The notes under the pieces are model-generated. The model did no database searches, was not told the origin of the DNA, and saw only the letters and a program-made list of their open reading frames with translations. The position numbers were made by a program, and so were the translations under genes. This document shows, one piece after another, positions 38,947-47,593 of a stretch of 54,125 nt of DNA (positions are counted from its first letter, which is position 1; the number at the start of each line of letters is the position of its first letter). This DNA comes from a virus (lineage: Duplodnaviria > Caudoviricetes): positions 1-54,125 of the IMG/VR virus record IMGVR_UViG_3300021373_002388; one strand, 5' to 3'.

Positions 38947-39354
38947 ATGATTTTATGTCATTGTAATAATGTAAGAACTGGTGATACTGATGAGTATCAT
39001 TTAATTGGAACTAAATGTGGAAGGTGTAAAATGAATGATAATGACGATAACGTAACATTTACTATTGGTGATACCATGGCTGGTCTTGATGTTAACTTTT
39101 CTGATGGACTGACTGTGGTCAATGTACCAGAGGCTGAAGCCGGTTCAACCCTAGAAGGGCTGACATTTACAGTCACTGCTACAGACCCACTACCAGAAGA
39201 CCCTGTACTCCAGTTTCTGAAGCGTTTACTGGACCCTGAAGGTTTTGGTCATGCTGTCAGTGCCGAGGTCCGTGATGAAGCCCGTGTGCTTCTAGGCATG
39301 CCTCGTGTCGAGACTCTTACCGATCAACAGCTTGAAGATCACGGTGTCGCATAA
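38947..39354 (+). CDS. Hypothetical protein with N-terminal BFD-like CxC...CxxC motif
   Basis: MILCHCNNV...GTKCGRC; AGGGG RBS. Confidence 0.5.
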   Translation: MILCHCNNVRTGDTDEYHLIGTKCGRCKMNDNDDNVTFTIGDTMAGLDVNFSDGLTVVNVPEAEAGSTLEGLTFTVTATDPLPEDPVLQFLKRLLDPEGFGHAVSAEVRDEARVLLGMPRVETLTDQQLEDHGVA

Positions 39355-39575
39355 TGCCTGAATGGTTGCAATATGGAATGCTGTTCGGTTGTATTGTTTT
39401 GTGTGGTCTTACAGCATACAGGCAGGGTAAGAACCAAGGGATTCTAGACCTCGTTGCATATCTGGGTAGACGCTCAGATGAGCATAACATCGTTGTCATG
39501 CGGATAAACGAGGAAAAGGATGATATTCAAATTTTGGAAAAAGGTCCAGATGGAATGTGGCATGAAAAAGAATAG
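39354..39575 (+). CDS. Small membrane-anchored protein
   Basis: TAATG coupling; N-terminal TM. Confidence 0.55.
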   Translation: MPEWLQYGMLFGCIVLCGLTAYRQGKNQGILDLVAYLGRRSDEHNIVVMRINEEKDDIQILEKGPDGMWHEKE

Positions 39576-39888
39576 ACTTCTTAAAATCATACTATTGTGC
39601 TTTACTGCAGTGTCCTGTACTGAACAGACAGAAGAGAAGCAGGACTTTGATCGTACTGGGAAAGACATGACGATTAAAGTCTTCTTCTATGATACTCAGG
39701 GACAACTGGACAAAGAGTTTCAGAACTGGGGTGATGGTGCTAATCCTGATAGAGAGGGATTTGCTGTTTGGCGAGACCCAGACACAGAACCATTTCGTTG
39801 TGAGATTCATACATTAGAGCCCAGTGCTGACGATCTTGAAGTGCTTGGGCATGAACTTTATCATTGTTTAAGGGGGAATTTCCATTAA
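39562..39888 (+). CDS. Lipoprotein with HExxH metallopeptidase motif
   Basis: MKKNRLLKIILLCFTAVS-C lipobox; LGHELYHC. Confidence 0.65.
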   Translation: MKKNRLLKIILLCFTAVSCTEQTEEKQDFDRTGKDMTIKVFFYDTQGQLDKEFQNWGDGANPDREGFAVWRDPDTEPFRCEIHTLEPSADDLEVLGHELYHCLRGNFH

Positions 39889-40448
39889 TGTTCGATTACT
39901 GGATTGAAAATACCATTGTCCCTGATCTTGATCGGTCAGAGAAAGAATGGTTGGTTGAAAAGTTTGACGGTAGGTTAGACCCAAATTTCAATCTGGTTAT
40001 TACTTGGGAAAATGAGTTGCCCCTGAGTCTCTCAAAGAAGTTTGCACAAGTTGGTAGGCAGTTGGGTTTACGACTAGCAGAGACTAGTGTGTTTACAGGT
40101 ACTCCGGGTAAAAGGATACTGCCCCACGTAGATCAGGTAGAGGGACATGATACACTGCCATGGAGACTCAGTTATTTTGTACAGGGTGGTTGTCCATTCC
40201 ACTGGTGGGAACCGGGAGAAATCATTCGCAGGGGTCCATACGCACAGATACAGGATGAAACAGTCTTGCTAGATACTTTGGATACCAGTGAGGTAAGGTC
40301 AGCCTTCCTACGTACAGATGTACCTCACAGCGTGGACATGACAGACAATCCAGATACACGGATTGTAGTCACTGCGACATACACAGAAGAGGGTGCCGGT
40401 GTCCCATCTTGGAATTATCTAACTAACAGGTTGGTTACAGTATGGTAG
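39888..40448 (+). CDS. Cupin/2OG-Fe(II) oxygenase-like protein
   Basis: PHVD...VPHSV...R metal-ligand pattern. Confidence 0.55.
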   Translation: MFDYWIENTIVPDLDRSEKEWLVEKFDGRLDPNFNLVITWENELPLSLSKKFAQVGRQLGLRLAETSVFTGTPGKRILPHVDQVEGHDTLPWRLSYFVQGGCPFHWWEPGEIIRRGPYAQIQDETVLLDTLDTSEVRSAFLRTDVPHSVDMTDNPDTRIVVTATYTEEGAGVPSWNYLTNRLVTVW

Positions 40449-40702
40449 ATATTATTTGTCAAACAATTATAGTGTTTACTGGTTTTACTTCCATGTATTT
40501 GTTATCATCCCAAGATGCCAGAACAAGAATGTGGGCTGGTTTGATTGGATTGTTTGGTGAGCCGTTTTGGTTGATCACTGCAGTTATCAATGGACAATGG
40601 GGTGTGATCATATTGGTTGTTATCTATGGAGTCAACTGGTTCCGTATATTTTGGTTCAACTATAATGCGAAGTTTGTGCCCACTGGAGAAGATAATGGCT
40701 GA
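40442..40702 (+). CDS. Small 3-TM membrane protein
   Basis: Three hydrophobic segments. Confidence 0.6.
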   Translation: MVDIICQTIIVFTGFTSMYLLSSQDARTRMWAGLIGLFGEPFWLITAVINGQWGVIILVVIYGVNWFRIFWFNYNAKFVPTGEDNG

Positions 40703-40934
40703 TTTTTGTAAGCAGTGTTCTATTGATATGTTCGGTGAGGACTTTGGTGATCTTAAGCTTGGTCCACTAGAACCAGAATACTACTGGCCTGTACTTTGTG
40801 AGGGGTGTGGTCCTACATTGGTTAATGAAGAGGGTGAGTGTGTTCACGCCCACTGTGACCTAAAACATGGAGCTAAAGATGAAACTGAAACTAGGAAGAG
40901 AACTTTGAGTAAAAAGAAGGAGTTGAAGAAATGA
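40695..40934 (+). CDS. Small Cys-rich hypothetical protein
   Basis: MADFCKQCS, LCEGCG, G.C. Confidence 0.65.
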   Translation: MADFCKQCSIDMFGEDFGDLKLGPLEPEYYWPVLCEGCGPTLVNEEGECVHAHCDLKHGAKDETETRKRTLSKKKELKK

Positions 40935-41323
40935 GTTTTGAAGGCGCAGTTGTTATAGATGTTTCAGAAGAAGATCGCGTAGCTTTGGATAAATTCTTAG
41001 AAGAAGTAGATGGTTGGATGAATGATATTCAAGGACAGTTTATTGAGGGTAACCTGATTACAACCACCTATCATTGGGGTTTCTGGAAGGAGTATGGCTA
41101 CGAAAAGGAACGGATAGAAGAACAGTATCCAGACTTCTTCGAGTGGCTTCATGTTTCTCATAGCAGGACTGATAAAACTTGCTTCTCGGTTGGCTCATAT
41201 GGTAAGATACCAAGACTTACGGAAATTCAGGTACTGCTGTCGGTTGGTAGTGAATTGTTTCTTACCCCATCACAAGCACACGTATGGGCAATATTTAAAA
41301 ACTTAAAGGAGCCAGTAGAATGA
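40931..41323 (+). CDS. Hypothetical protein
   Basis: ATGA overlaps; AAGGAG RBS. Confidence 0.6.
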   Translation: MSFEGAVVIDVSEEDRVALDKFLEEVDGWMNDIQGQFIEGNLITTTYHWGFWKEYGYEKERIEEQYPDFFEWLHVSHSRTDKTCFSVGSYGKIPRLTEIQVLLSVGSELFLTPSQAHVWAIFKNLKEPVE

Positions 41324-41910
41324 AGTATTATTACATAGTATTCCAAGAAGCAGAAGACGCTGAAAACAGTTTTCAATGGGAGGTCATGAACAGCCTGTTT
41401 GCCTTTACTGAAGAGCATCCTGCAGCCTACATCCACACAATAGCAGAAATTACTGAAGAAGATTACAACAAATTCTTCATGCGAGTGGCGGGTGAGATTG
41501 AAGGGGAAGAACCGAGTGAAATGTTTGGCAGTGAATACTTTCGGGAGTTCGTTGACTATAGTGTTCCTATGATTTCTTTTACGATGGACAAACGATATAA
41601 TACTTTCTATGTGAATTTTGAAAATGGGCAGAACCAAGACCTTTTGAATTATCTGAATGCATTTTCAAGTCGAAAATATATTGCAGAAGAAAGCTTGACT
41701 CCATGTACTTCATATAAAATAGATGATATTGATATCTCTTCGTATGAAGAGGCAGAGTCGGATGCAGCAAAACACGAAGTTTTGCTTACATTAGCAAACC
41801 ATCAGTCACTGCCTAGAATTTTCCATATCAATCGAATTGTGTTTGATGTTGAACGAGACGATGCTACGTTTGAAGAAAAAACTGTAATGTATGTAAGGGG
41901 GCATGGATAA
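41320..41910 (+). CDS. Hypothetical acidic protein
   Basis: ATGA overlap; AAGGAG RBS. Confidence 0.6.
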   Translation: MKYYYIVFQEAEDAENSFQWEVMNSLFAFTEEHPAAYIHTIAEITEEDYNKFFMRVAGEIEGEEPSEMFGSEYFREFVDYSVPMISFTMDKRYNTFYVNFENGQNQDLLNYLNAFSSRKYIAEESLTPCTSYKIDDIDISSYEEAESDAAKHEVLLTLANHQSLPRIFHINRIVFDVERDDATFEEKTVMYVRGHG

Positions 41911-42164
41911 TGACAAAGAAAGGTTATGAATCTATGGAGCTAGAACTTGATTATGAAGTTATGGTGAAACTGGTGCGCTATATGATAAAGGAGTATTCTG
42001 ATTCATCGCTGGGTGTGTTTGATGAATTTGTTTCTCTCGAATCAACAACATCATATCCACGAATGGAAATTATTAAGGATGCACTTTTTAATGCGGTGAT
42101 GAATCAAGCAATAACTATATCATTAATTGAAAAACTGGAGGAAGATGAGAATGGACAAGAGTGA
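41910..42164 (+). CDS. Hypothetical protein
   Basis: TAATG coupling. Confidence 0.55.
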   Translation: MTKKGYESMELELDYEVMVKLVRYMIKEYSDSSLGVFDEFVSLESTTSYPRMEIIKDALFNAVMNQAITISLIEKLEEDENGQE

Positions 42165-42402
42165 TATTGGTGCTGCCTTACTGGTAGCAGTTGGAGCAGC
42201 AGTTGTATTTTTCTTTCTGTGTTTGTTAATTACCTTTTTTGGTGGTCTTGTTGGCATGGCAGTTGGATTTGTATTCCCTGTTGTTACAGACACTATTCGA
42301 GAACTAGCCGGTACCCCAGAGCTTACTAACTTTCAGGTTGGTGCGACTCTAGGTTTCTTTGGCTCTTTCTTCAAGTCTAGTAGCACATCTAAGAGTAGCT
42401 AA
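42151..42402 (+). CDS. Small membrane protein
   Basis: Hydrophobic helices, GATLGFFGSFF. Confidence 0.6.
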   Translation: MDKSDIGAALLVAVGAAVVFFFLCLLITFFGGLVGMAVGFVFPVVTDTIRELAGTPELTNFQVGATLGFFGSFFKSSSTSKSS

Positions 42403-42404
42403 GA

Positions 42405-42923
42405 ATGAGCGAGATTGATTGGTCAAAACAGCATTGCGGTGTGCATCAGGGTTCTATTCATGAAACCCGGCAACTCATGCCCGATCTTAATGAACTACTA
42501 GACTCATTTGAACCTGAGACTGGTTGGAGCCCAGAAGACTTTATCTGGGATGTTAAGGTTCACATGCTTATGCCCAATCAATTCCCATGCATCCCTAACT
42601 GGCACTACGACAATGTACCACGGGATGTTAATAATAAACAGGATTTTGACAAACTCCGTCCAGACCTGCCAATGTTCCTATGGCTATCTGGTCCACCGTT
42701 AACTGAATTCCGCAATGGTATGACGGTAACCAAAATCCCACCAAAAACTTGGATACACTTTACTCAAGAAGATGAGCATAGAGGGAGACATAGCACAAAA
42801 TTTTGTTGGCGTGGATTCATTCGTGCAACTCATAAAGATATCCTGAAAAACTACGACCCAGATCGTGACAAGCTTCGAAGGCACTGTCAAGTATATCTGG
42901 ACCCAGCCAAATTTATGTGGTGA
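42405..42923 (+). CDS. 2OG-Fe(II) oxygenase-like protein
   Basis: VHMLMP..FPCIPNWHYD.VPR, distal H, R.FIR. Confidence 0.55.
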   Translation: MSEIDWSKQHCGVHQGSIHETRQLMPDLNELLDSFEPETGWSPEDFIWDVKVHMLMPNQFPCIPNWHYDNVPRDVNNKQDFDKLRPDLPMFLWLSGPPLTEFRNGMTVTKIPPKTWIHFTQEDEHRGRHSTKFCWRGFIRATHKDILKNYDPDRDKLRRHCQVYLDPAKFMW

Positions 42924-42927
42924 TTAC

Positions 42928-43338
42928 ATGAAAACATTTTTAATATGCCCTATTGCTGGGTACGATCAGACACCCACAGAAGAGATTGTAGCGAATTTGG
43001 AGGCAAATGGTTGGGATGTACATTACCCAGCCAGAGACACCAATCAAGACTCTGACACTGGCTTAGAGTGCTGTGAAGACAACCGTAAAGCAATCGTTAA
43101 TGCTGATGTGGTCCATGTGGTATTCGATGGGAAATCCCGTGGGTGCCTGTTTGACATGGGTATGGCGTTTGCCCTACAAAAACCCATTATTGTCATAGAT
43201 ATGCCTGAAATTGAATCTGGCAAGTGTTTTGAGCGAGCAATACGTAAATACTCCCTAAAGAGCAGCATACCATTTTTTGAGCGAATGATGACCGGTTTGG
43301 ACGAAAAATTGGACGAAATTAAAGAAAAAATGACATAA
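42928..43338 (+). CDS. Nucleoside 2-deoxyribosyltransferase-like protein
   Basis: FLICP, VHYP.RD, N..AI..AD, S.G..FDMGMAFAL.KPI. Confidence 0.7.
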   Translation: MKTFLICPIAGYDQTPTEEIVANLEANGWDVHYPARDTNQDSDTGLECCEDNRKAIVNADVVHVVFDGKSRGCLFDMGMAFALQKPIIVIDMPEIESGKCFERAIRKYSLKSSIPFFERMMTGLDEKLDEIKEKMT

Positions 43339-43352
43339 ATGGACCAAAAAGC

Positions 43353-43381
43353 TTGACATTAGTTCTCCACTCCCCTATAGT
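43353..43381 (+). promoter_or_regulatory. sigma70-type early promoter
   Basis: TTGACA-N17-TATAGT then ACAACGCAAACGGAGG leader. Confidence 0.8.
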
Positions 43382-43415
43382 CACATCATCGACAACGCAA
43401 ACGGAGGAACTACCA

Positions 43416-43625
43416 ATGAAAAAGTACATGACTCAAGAAATTATAGACGCTCAAGAAACACTGCGACTTGAGAAGCTGACCCTAGATGCTATGATTTCTA
43501 AAGTTGCAGGTCAAGCAAATACAGTAGCTGATACTGCAGATAAGCTGAATCGTATCCTTCAGGTTGAATTGGACATTATGTCTGAAGAGAAGGATGAGTT
43601 GCAGAAGAAATTGGAGTCACGATAA
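43416..43625 (+). CDS. Hypothetical coiled-coil protein
   Basis: GGAGG RBS before ATG 43416. Confidence 0.6.
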   Translation: MKKYMTQEIIDAQETLRLEKLTLDAMISKVAGQANTVADTADKLNRILQVELDIMSEEKDELQKKLESR

Positions 43626-43834
43626 TGAAATGTCAAAGCTGCGGTAAAGACAAGAGCATTTGGGAATTCATAGGCCCAGTACGATTAAAAACTGTTGGTG
43701 CTGGTAACAAGATTTGCAGCAGAAAAACTCATTGCTGTGAGGATTGCTTTGAGACATTTGCCGAGCATGATGCAGATGTTATAGCATTCATGGAGCGTAA
43801 GAATATCCCAGTTTCGGAGATTGTTTATGTCTGA
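43625..43834 (+). CDS. Small Zn-finger-like protein
   Basis: CQSC...CEDC. Confidence 0.55.
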   Translation: MKCQSCGKDKSIWEFIGPVRLKTVGAGNKICSRKTHCCEDCFETFAEHDADVIAFMERKNIPVSEIVYV

Positions 43835-44159
43835 TGGATTTGAGATACAGACTCGTGGTGTAACTGCCAACGAATTTCTAATTTACTATGTTGGTAAAAA
43901 TGAATCCTTGGCTGAGTCTGTTGAAGAACTGGCTAATGAGTTGTTCTTCAAGAATCTTGATGTTGCCATGATGAATATGACCGGAGAGACTGATAAAGAG
44001 ATTCGGGAAAAATCAGAGGCTCAAGCAAAATCTCAGTGGACCAGACCACAATCCAAATACAAGCGTGTTACGGTGACTAGAGAAAACCGTGATCGGATAC
44101 GTAAAGATATAGAGCAATTGCCAGATTTCATTGAGTGGTATGCGCCTTTTAGGGGGTAG
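43827..44159 (+). CDS. Hypothetical protein
   Basis: GGAG RBS; overlapping operon. Confidence 0.6.
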   Translation: MSDGFEIQTRGVTANEFLIYYVGKNESLAESVEELANELFFKNLDVAMMNMTGETDKEIREKSEAQAKSQWTRPQSKYKRVTVTRENRDRIRKDIEQLPDFIEWYAPFRG

Positions 44160-44160
44160 T

Positions 44161-44469
44161 GTGAACGAACTTAAAGAATTCAAAATCAAGGTCGCTGAAG
44201 AAAAAAACAACAATGACTGGATTAACAACGGTCATGATATGTGTCGTTGCAATGCCTGTGGTTGGCAGGGACCGATTGCAGTTTGCGACAATTATGAAGA
44301 CTATGAATCATGGGAAATGTCACACATACACTGGACAGTGATATGCTGCCCAGTTTGTGCTATGTGGAAATCCGATGGTTTGATTGAAGAAACGTGGTCA
44401 TCCATATTAGAGTGTATGGATAACGCAGAGATTGAAGTACGAAGCTTAATGAAGGAGTTGGAATTATGA
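44161..44469 (+). CDS. Cys-containing hypothetical protein
   Basis: GTG start; CNACGW.G...CPVC. Confidence 0.55.
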   Translation: MNELKEFKIKVAEEKNNNDWINNGHDMCRCNACGWQGPIAVCDNYEDYESWEMSHIHWTVICCPVCAMWKSDGLIEETWSSILECMDNAEIEVRSLMKELEL

Positions 44470-44675
44470 CATACTTGGATTTTGAGACGTTCGTCACTCG
44501 TTTTAAAATAGATGAACTGGGGGCCGCAGCCCCAAATGATGGTCCACTGATACATAGCTTGAAAAAAGAGATAAATGAAATGCGCGTCCAGTGCCGTGAT
44601 TTGTGGTTGCGTGGTGGTCATGACCCAAAAGAACTGGAGAGGTTTAATTTTGAAGGAGAATATTTTTATGAGTAA
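44466..44675 (+). CDS. Hypothetical protein
   Basis: ATGA overlap; AAGGAG RBS. Confidence 0.55.
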   Translation: MTYLDFETFVTRFKIDELGAAAPNDGPLIHSLKKEINEMRVQCRDLWLRGGHDPKELERFNFEGEYFYE

Positions 44676-44704
44676 AAAAGGTCGAATTTGACAGAGGACT
44701 AAAA

Positions 44705-45244
44705 ATGACTAAGATAGTATTTGCCCGTCATGGCGAGACCATAGGAAACGTGGACCCTGATTTCGGTTGTAACGAGACTGGGTTTTTGACGTTGAAGGGA
44801 ATGAAGCAGGCTGAGTTGGGTGCCATTTCGTTACTTCGGGAAAAACTGGATATTAAGCATTTTTACACTTCCAAGATGATTCGTGCAATTCAGACTTGTA
44901 CAATTTTCATGCAGGTACTTGGTGAATTCAATTTCCGTGGTATTCATCGTGAAGAGTTATTAAATGAGTGGCATCAGCCAAAAGGACCGTTTGAGCAAAA
45001 GGTAGATGAGGTAAAGATGATTTTACCGGAGATTTTATCATCGGATGGTAATGTTTTGGTAGTTTCTCATTATTTCACTATGCAGGCGATATTTGATGTA
45101 TTGGAGTTGGATAAGCCCAGAGAGCAATATTGGTCACATTTAAAGACTGTTTCGCATGCTAGACCTTTTATCTATGACACTGAGGAAAAGACTTTGGATA
45201 TTTTTAATGAGCATAGAAAGGATAATGGTGTTGCCCATGGTTAA
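44705..45244 (+). CDS. Histidine phosphatase (phosphoglycerate mutase family)
   Basis: ARHGET, LT.KG..QA, S...RA.QT, L.E, VLVVSH. Confidence 0.88.
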   Translation: MTKIVFARHGETIGNVDPDFGCNETGFLTLKGMKQAELGAISLLREKLDIKHFYTSKMIRAIQTCTIFMQVLGEFNFRGIHREELLNEWHQPKGPFEQKVDEVKMILPEILSSDGNVLVVSHYFTMQAIFDVLELDKPREQYWSHLKTVSHARPFIYDTEEKTLDIFNEHRKDNGVAHG

Positions 45245-45446
45245 ATACAGAATTTTCAGATTTAAGCGTTGTGTTCCTCATTTACAGTATTTGTGGTTTT
45301 ATGCTGGGAAGAGGCGTGGACGATTAAAATTTTACTTGGGGTTTAAGTGGAGGACACTGGTTCACAGGACTAGTGTTCTTCCTTTCATGATAACCCAAGA
45401 GGCTTTGGATGATTTACAAGAGGCTTTGGAGGATTTAGATGTTTGA
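45237..45446 (+). CDS. Hypothetical protein
   Basis: Fills gap between overlapping genes. Confidence 0.45.
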   Translation: MVKYRIFRFKRCVPHLQYLWFYAGKRRGRLKFYLGFKWRTLVHRTSVLPFMITQEALDDLQEALEDLDV

Positions 45447-45834
45447 TGTAAACTACTCGCATGTTGAGCAGGTGACTAGGGATGTTGAGAAGCACGTACA
45501 CGAGCATCGGGCACCTACTGATGAATCTGTGGCTCTTTTGAAGGAAATGGAAGAGAAGGCACAGGAGAAGCTTTTACGGTCATATAAATTGGACACGAAT
45601 GATTTCAATGCTGTTTGGCATGTTATGCAGGATAATTTGCATATGGTTCATCGTGTTTTAATCCAGTTTGAGTTAAATGGCAAGACGCATGATATTGAGT
45701 ACAGTATTGGCATGCTTGCCAGTGAGGAAGAGATTTTGGACAAATCCCGAGAAAAAATACTGGAGTATTTACAGGAGAGTATTCTCAGGAGTGTTAAGCC
45801 AGAACAGTATAAAGTATTCCGGGGGAAAATGTGA
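45439..45834 (+). CDS. Hypothetical protein
   Basis: GGAGG RBS; HEHRAPTDESV.LLKEME. Confidence 0.65.
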   Translation: MFDVNYSHVEQVTRDVEKHVHEHRAPTDESVALLKEMEEKAQEKLLRSYKLDTNDFNAVWHVMQDNLHMVHRVLIQFELNGKTHDIEYSIGMLASEEEILDKSREKILEYLQESILRSVKPEQYKVFRGKM

Positions 45835-45835
45835 A

Positions 45836-46117
45836 ATGAACCAATTAGAAATTAGGTTTCCCGAGCCGCCCACGGGAATACTGAAACAGCTTGATTTGCC
45901 ATTTCCGACTGTTACTCTTGCTAAAGATGATGTGAGGGTATACGGTCCTATTTGGGATGGTATGGAAGGAGAAGACGTATATATCTATAGTAATAGGCAT
46001 TTCGATTTAAGTTATAGGCTATATTCTATTATGGCTGAAGAGCTAAAGGACCATCATCAATTTATAGTAGATTGTTTCAATGAAGAACTGGCATATAGGA
46101 AGGAGTTGGCAAGATGA
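45836..46117 (+). CDS. Hypothetical protein
   Basis: ATG 45836 just after previous stop. Confidence 0.55.
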   Translation: MNQLEIRFPEPPTGILKQLDLPFPTVTLAKDDVRVYGPIWDGMEGEDVYIYSNRHFDLSYRLYSIMAEELKDHHQFIVDCFNEELAYRKELAR

Positions 46118-46359
46118 ATCACATTGAGCGTAATTACATACCTCAAGTTGATGACAAGGTAGAAGTCCAGAATTTTTCCCACGAACACAATGGGAAACAA
46201 GGATGGGTAGTTAGTATTGATGGTGGTTATGTTTACGTCAAATTGCGTTGGCAGAGGCACCCATGGGATTTGGCATTACTTCAAAATGAGATAAGACCCT
46301 TGAAGAAAAATGGTAGAAATATCAAGAAACGCATTTTCCCAAAGCAACTAATAAAATGA
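46114..46359 (+). CDS. Hypothetical protein (KOW/SH3-like)
   Basis: DDKVEV....HNGKQGWVV.IDG. Confidence 0.55.
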   Translation: MNHIERNYIPQVDDKVEVQNFSHEHNGKQGWVVSIDGGYVYVKLRWQRHPWDLALLQNEIRPLKKNGRNIKKRIFPKQLIK

Positions 46360-46556
46360 AAGACCGTGATTATGAAAATGAGGCAGTAGTTGATTATTGG
46401 GCGGAGCATTATCTTACTCAGCATTGTGTGTTGTGTGGAAATACTGGCTTCATAGATACCAGAGGCAGGGCTGTTACTCCAGCGGGACTGGATGTTGGGG
46501 CTAGGGTTCATTGTATTTGCCCTAATGGACAGTGCATAAGGAATATTGAAAAATGA
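46356..46556 (+). CDS. Small Cys-rich hypothetical protein
   Basis: CVLCGNTG.IDT...CICPNG. Confidence 0.6.
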   Translation: MKDRDYENEAVVDYWAEHYLTQHCVLCGNTGFIDTRGRAVTPAGLDVGARVHCICPNGQCIRNIEK

Positions 46557-46595
46557 AGAATATATACGACCCAAATTCGAAAAGGAACTAATAAA

Positions 46596-46862
46596 ATGAA
46601 AAAGTTTTATGTATCAGGTATCCCCCAGAAGAGAGGAAGACATAGAATAAAGTCTATAGAACCTATAGGACGATACGAAGACGAAATACTCAATACACAT
46701 ACAGTATACAGAGTATGGATAAACTGTGGTTATGTAGATTACTATAAGGGATGTGAACTGAAACTAAAAGACCATCAAGGTAAACCATGTACAGGGTATG
46801 AAGTAGATAGTACCATGAACTCATTACTAGAGGCATTAAAGATACTAGAAGAAGAGGATTAA
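46596..46862 (+). CDS. Hypothetical protein
   Basis: AAGGA RBS; last gene before the non-coding block. Confidence 0.55.
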   Translation: MKKFYVSGIPQKRGRHRIKSIEPIGRYEDEILNTHTVYRVWINCGYVDYYKGCELKLKDHQGKPCTGYEVDSTMNSLLEALKILEEED

Positions 46863-47096
46863 GTGTCCCTGAGAAACACTGAGCGAAGCCCTCTCAAGCC
46901 CTCTCCGTAAAACCTACCAGTAAATAATACTGTACCATTCGAGACCCACCAGTAAAATCAACTGGAACCACTGGGTAAAACAGTAAGATTTACTGCTTAA
47001 ACTTTAGTTGAATTATGTGAAAAGCTTCTGGGAAAAACGTATAGACCTTATCTGGCTCATTATTTGTTTTACTCAGAAACACTCCAATTCTTTCTC

Positions 47097-47125
47097 ATTA
47101 TACTCTATTTTTTCCTAAAAGTCAA
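47097..47125 (-). promoter_or_regulatory. sigma70 promoter (minus)
   Basis: TTGACT-N17-TATAAT. Confidence 0.75.
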
Positions 47126-47170
47126 TGAAAAACCTCCAAAAACTCTCAGAAAAAACCGAAGTGTAAAAAC

Positions 47171-47199
47171 TTGACATTTGAATCAAAATTTGGTAAAAT
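47171..47199 (+). promoter_or_regulatory. sigma70 promoter
   Basis: TTGACA-N17-TAAAAT. Confidence 0.75.
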
Positions 47200-47248
47200 G
47201 TAAGGTTTTTGAGAGTTTTACTTGGAGAATCTCTGAGTAAAACCTTCC

Positions 47249-47277
47249 AGTATATCACAGTAAAATTTGCTTGTCAA
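47249..47277 (-). promoter_or_regulatory. sigma70 promoter (minus)
   Basis: TTGACA-N17-TATACT. Confidence 0.75.
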
Positions 47278-47280
47278 GTC

Positions 47281-47310
47281 TTGACATTTAGTAAGTTTTA
47301 CTGGTATACT
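47281..47310 (+). promoter_or_regulatory. sigma70 promoter
   Basis: TTGACA-N18-TATACT; back-to-back with the minus promoter via TGTCAAGTCTTGACA palindrome. Confidence 0.7.
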
Positions 47311-47359
47311 GGGAGTAGCGACTTGAGAAAACGTGGAGAATCTCTGAGTAAAACCTTCC

Positions 47360-47388
47360 AGTATACTATAGAAAAACCTTTTTGTCAA
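47360..47388 (-). promoter_or_regulatory. sigma70 promoter (minus)
   Basis: TTGACA-N17-TATACT. Confidence 0.75.
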
Positions 47389-47411
47389 GAGAAACTTTAA
47401 GAAAAAAATGC

Positions 47412-47440
47412 TTGACATTGGGGTTGTCTTTTAGTACTAT
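47412..47440 (+). promoter_or_regulatory. sigma70 promoter
   Basis: TTGACA-N17-TACTAT. Confidence 0.75.
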
Positions 47441-47446
47441 AATCTG

Positions 47447-47475
47447 GCGGGAACGGAGACACCGGAGTACAAGAC
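47447..47475 (+). repeat. GCGGGAAC..ACCGG motif copy A (candidate small RNA 5' end)
   Basis: GCGGGAAC-GGAGAC-ACCGGAGTACAAGAC, 6 nt after a -10 box. Confidence 0.8.
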
Positions 47476-47527
47476 ACGGTGCTCGCCTAGAAAAAACATG
47501 GCATCCATATGTCAGGCAGGGTTCATC

Positions 47528-47555
47528 CTTGGACTCCGGTCTCTAATGTTCCCGC
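47528..47555 (-). repeat. GCGGGAAC..ACCGG motif copy B
   Basis: GCGGGAAC-ATTAGAG-ACCGGAGTCCAAG on minus strand, 6 nt after a -10 box. Confidence 0.8.
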
Positions 47556-47561
47556 ATTATT

Positions 47562-47590
47562 AAGATACTATATGCAAGCCTTTTTGTCAA
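47562..47590 (-). promoter_or_regulatory. sigma70 promoter (minus)
   Basis: TTGACA-N17-TATCTT. Confidence 0.65.
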
Positions 47591-47593
47591 GTG

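Larger units (their letters stand above)
47223..47365. repeat. 32-bp perfect direct repeat (47223-47254 and 47334-47365)
   Basis: TGGAGAATCTCTGAGTAAAACCTTCCAGTATA twice, 111 bp apart; diverged inverted copy at 47066-47086. Confidence 0.9.

Noticed and set aside
677-46574. Numerous minus-strand and nested ORFs in the ORF track
   Set aside because: Shadow frames of well-supported plus-strand genes; only 33084-33581 has motifs and a promoter
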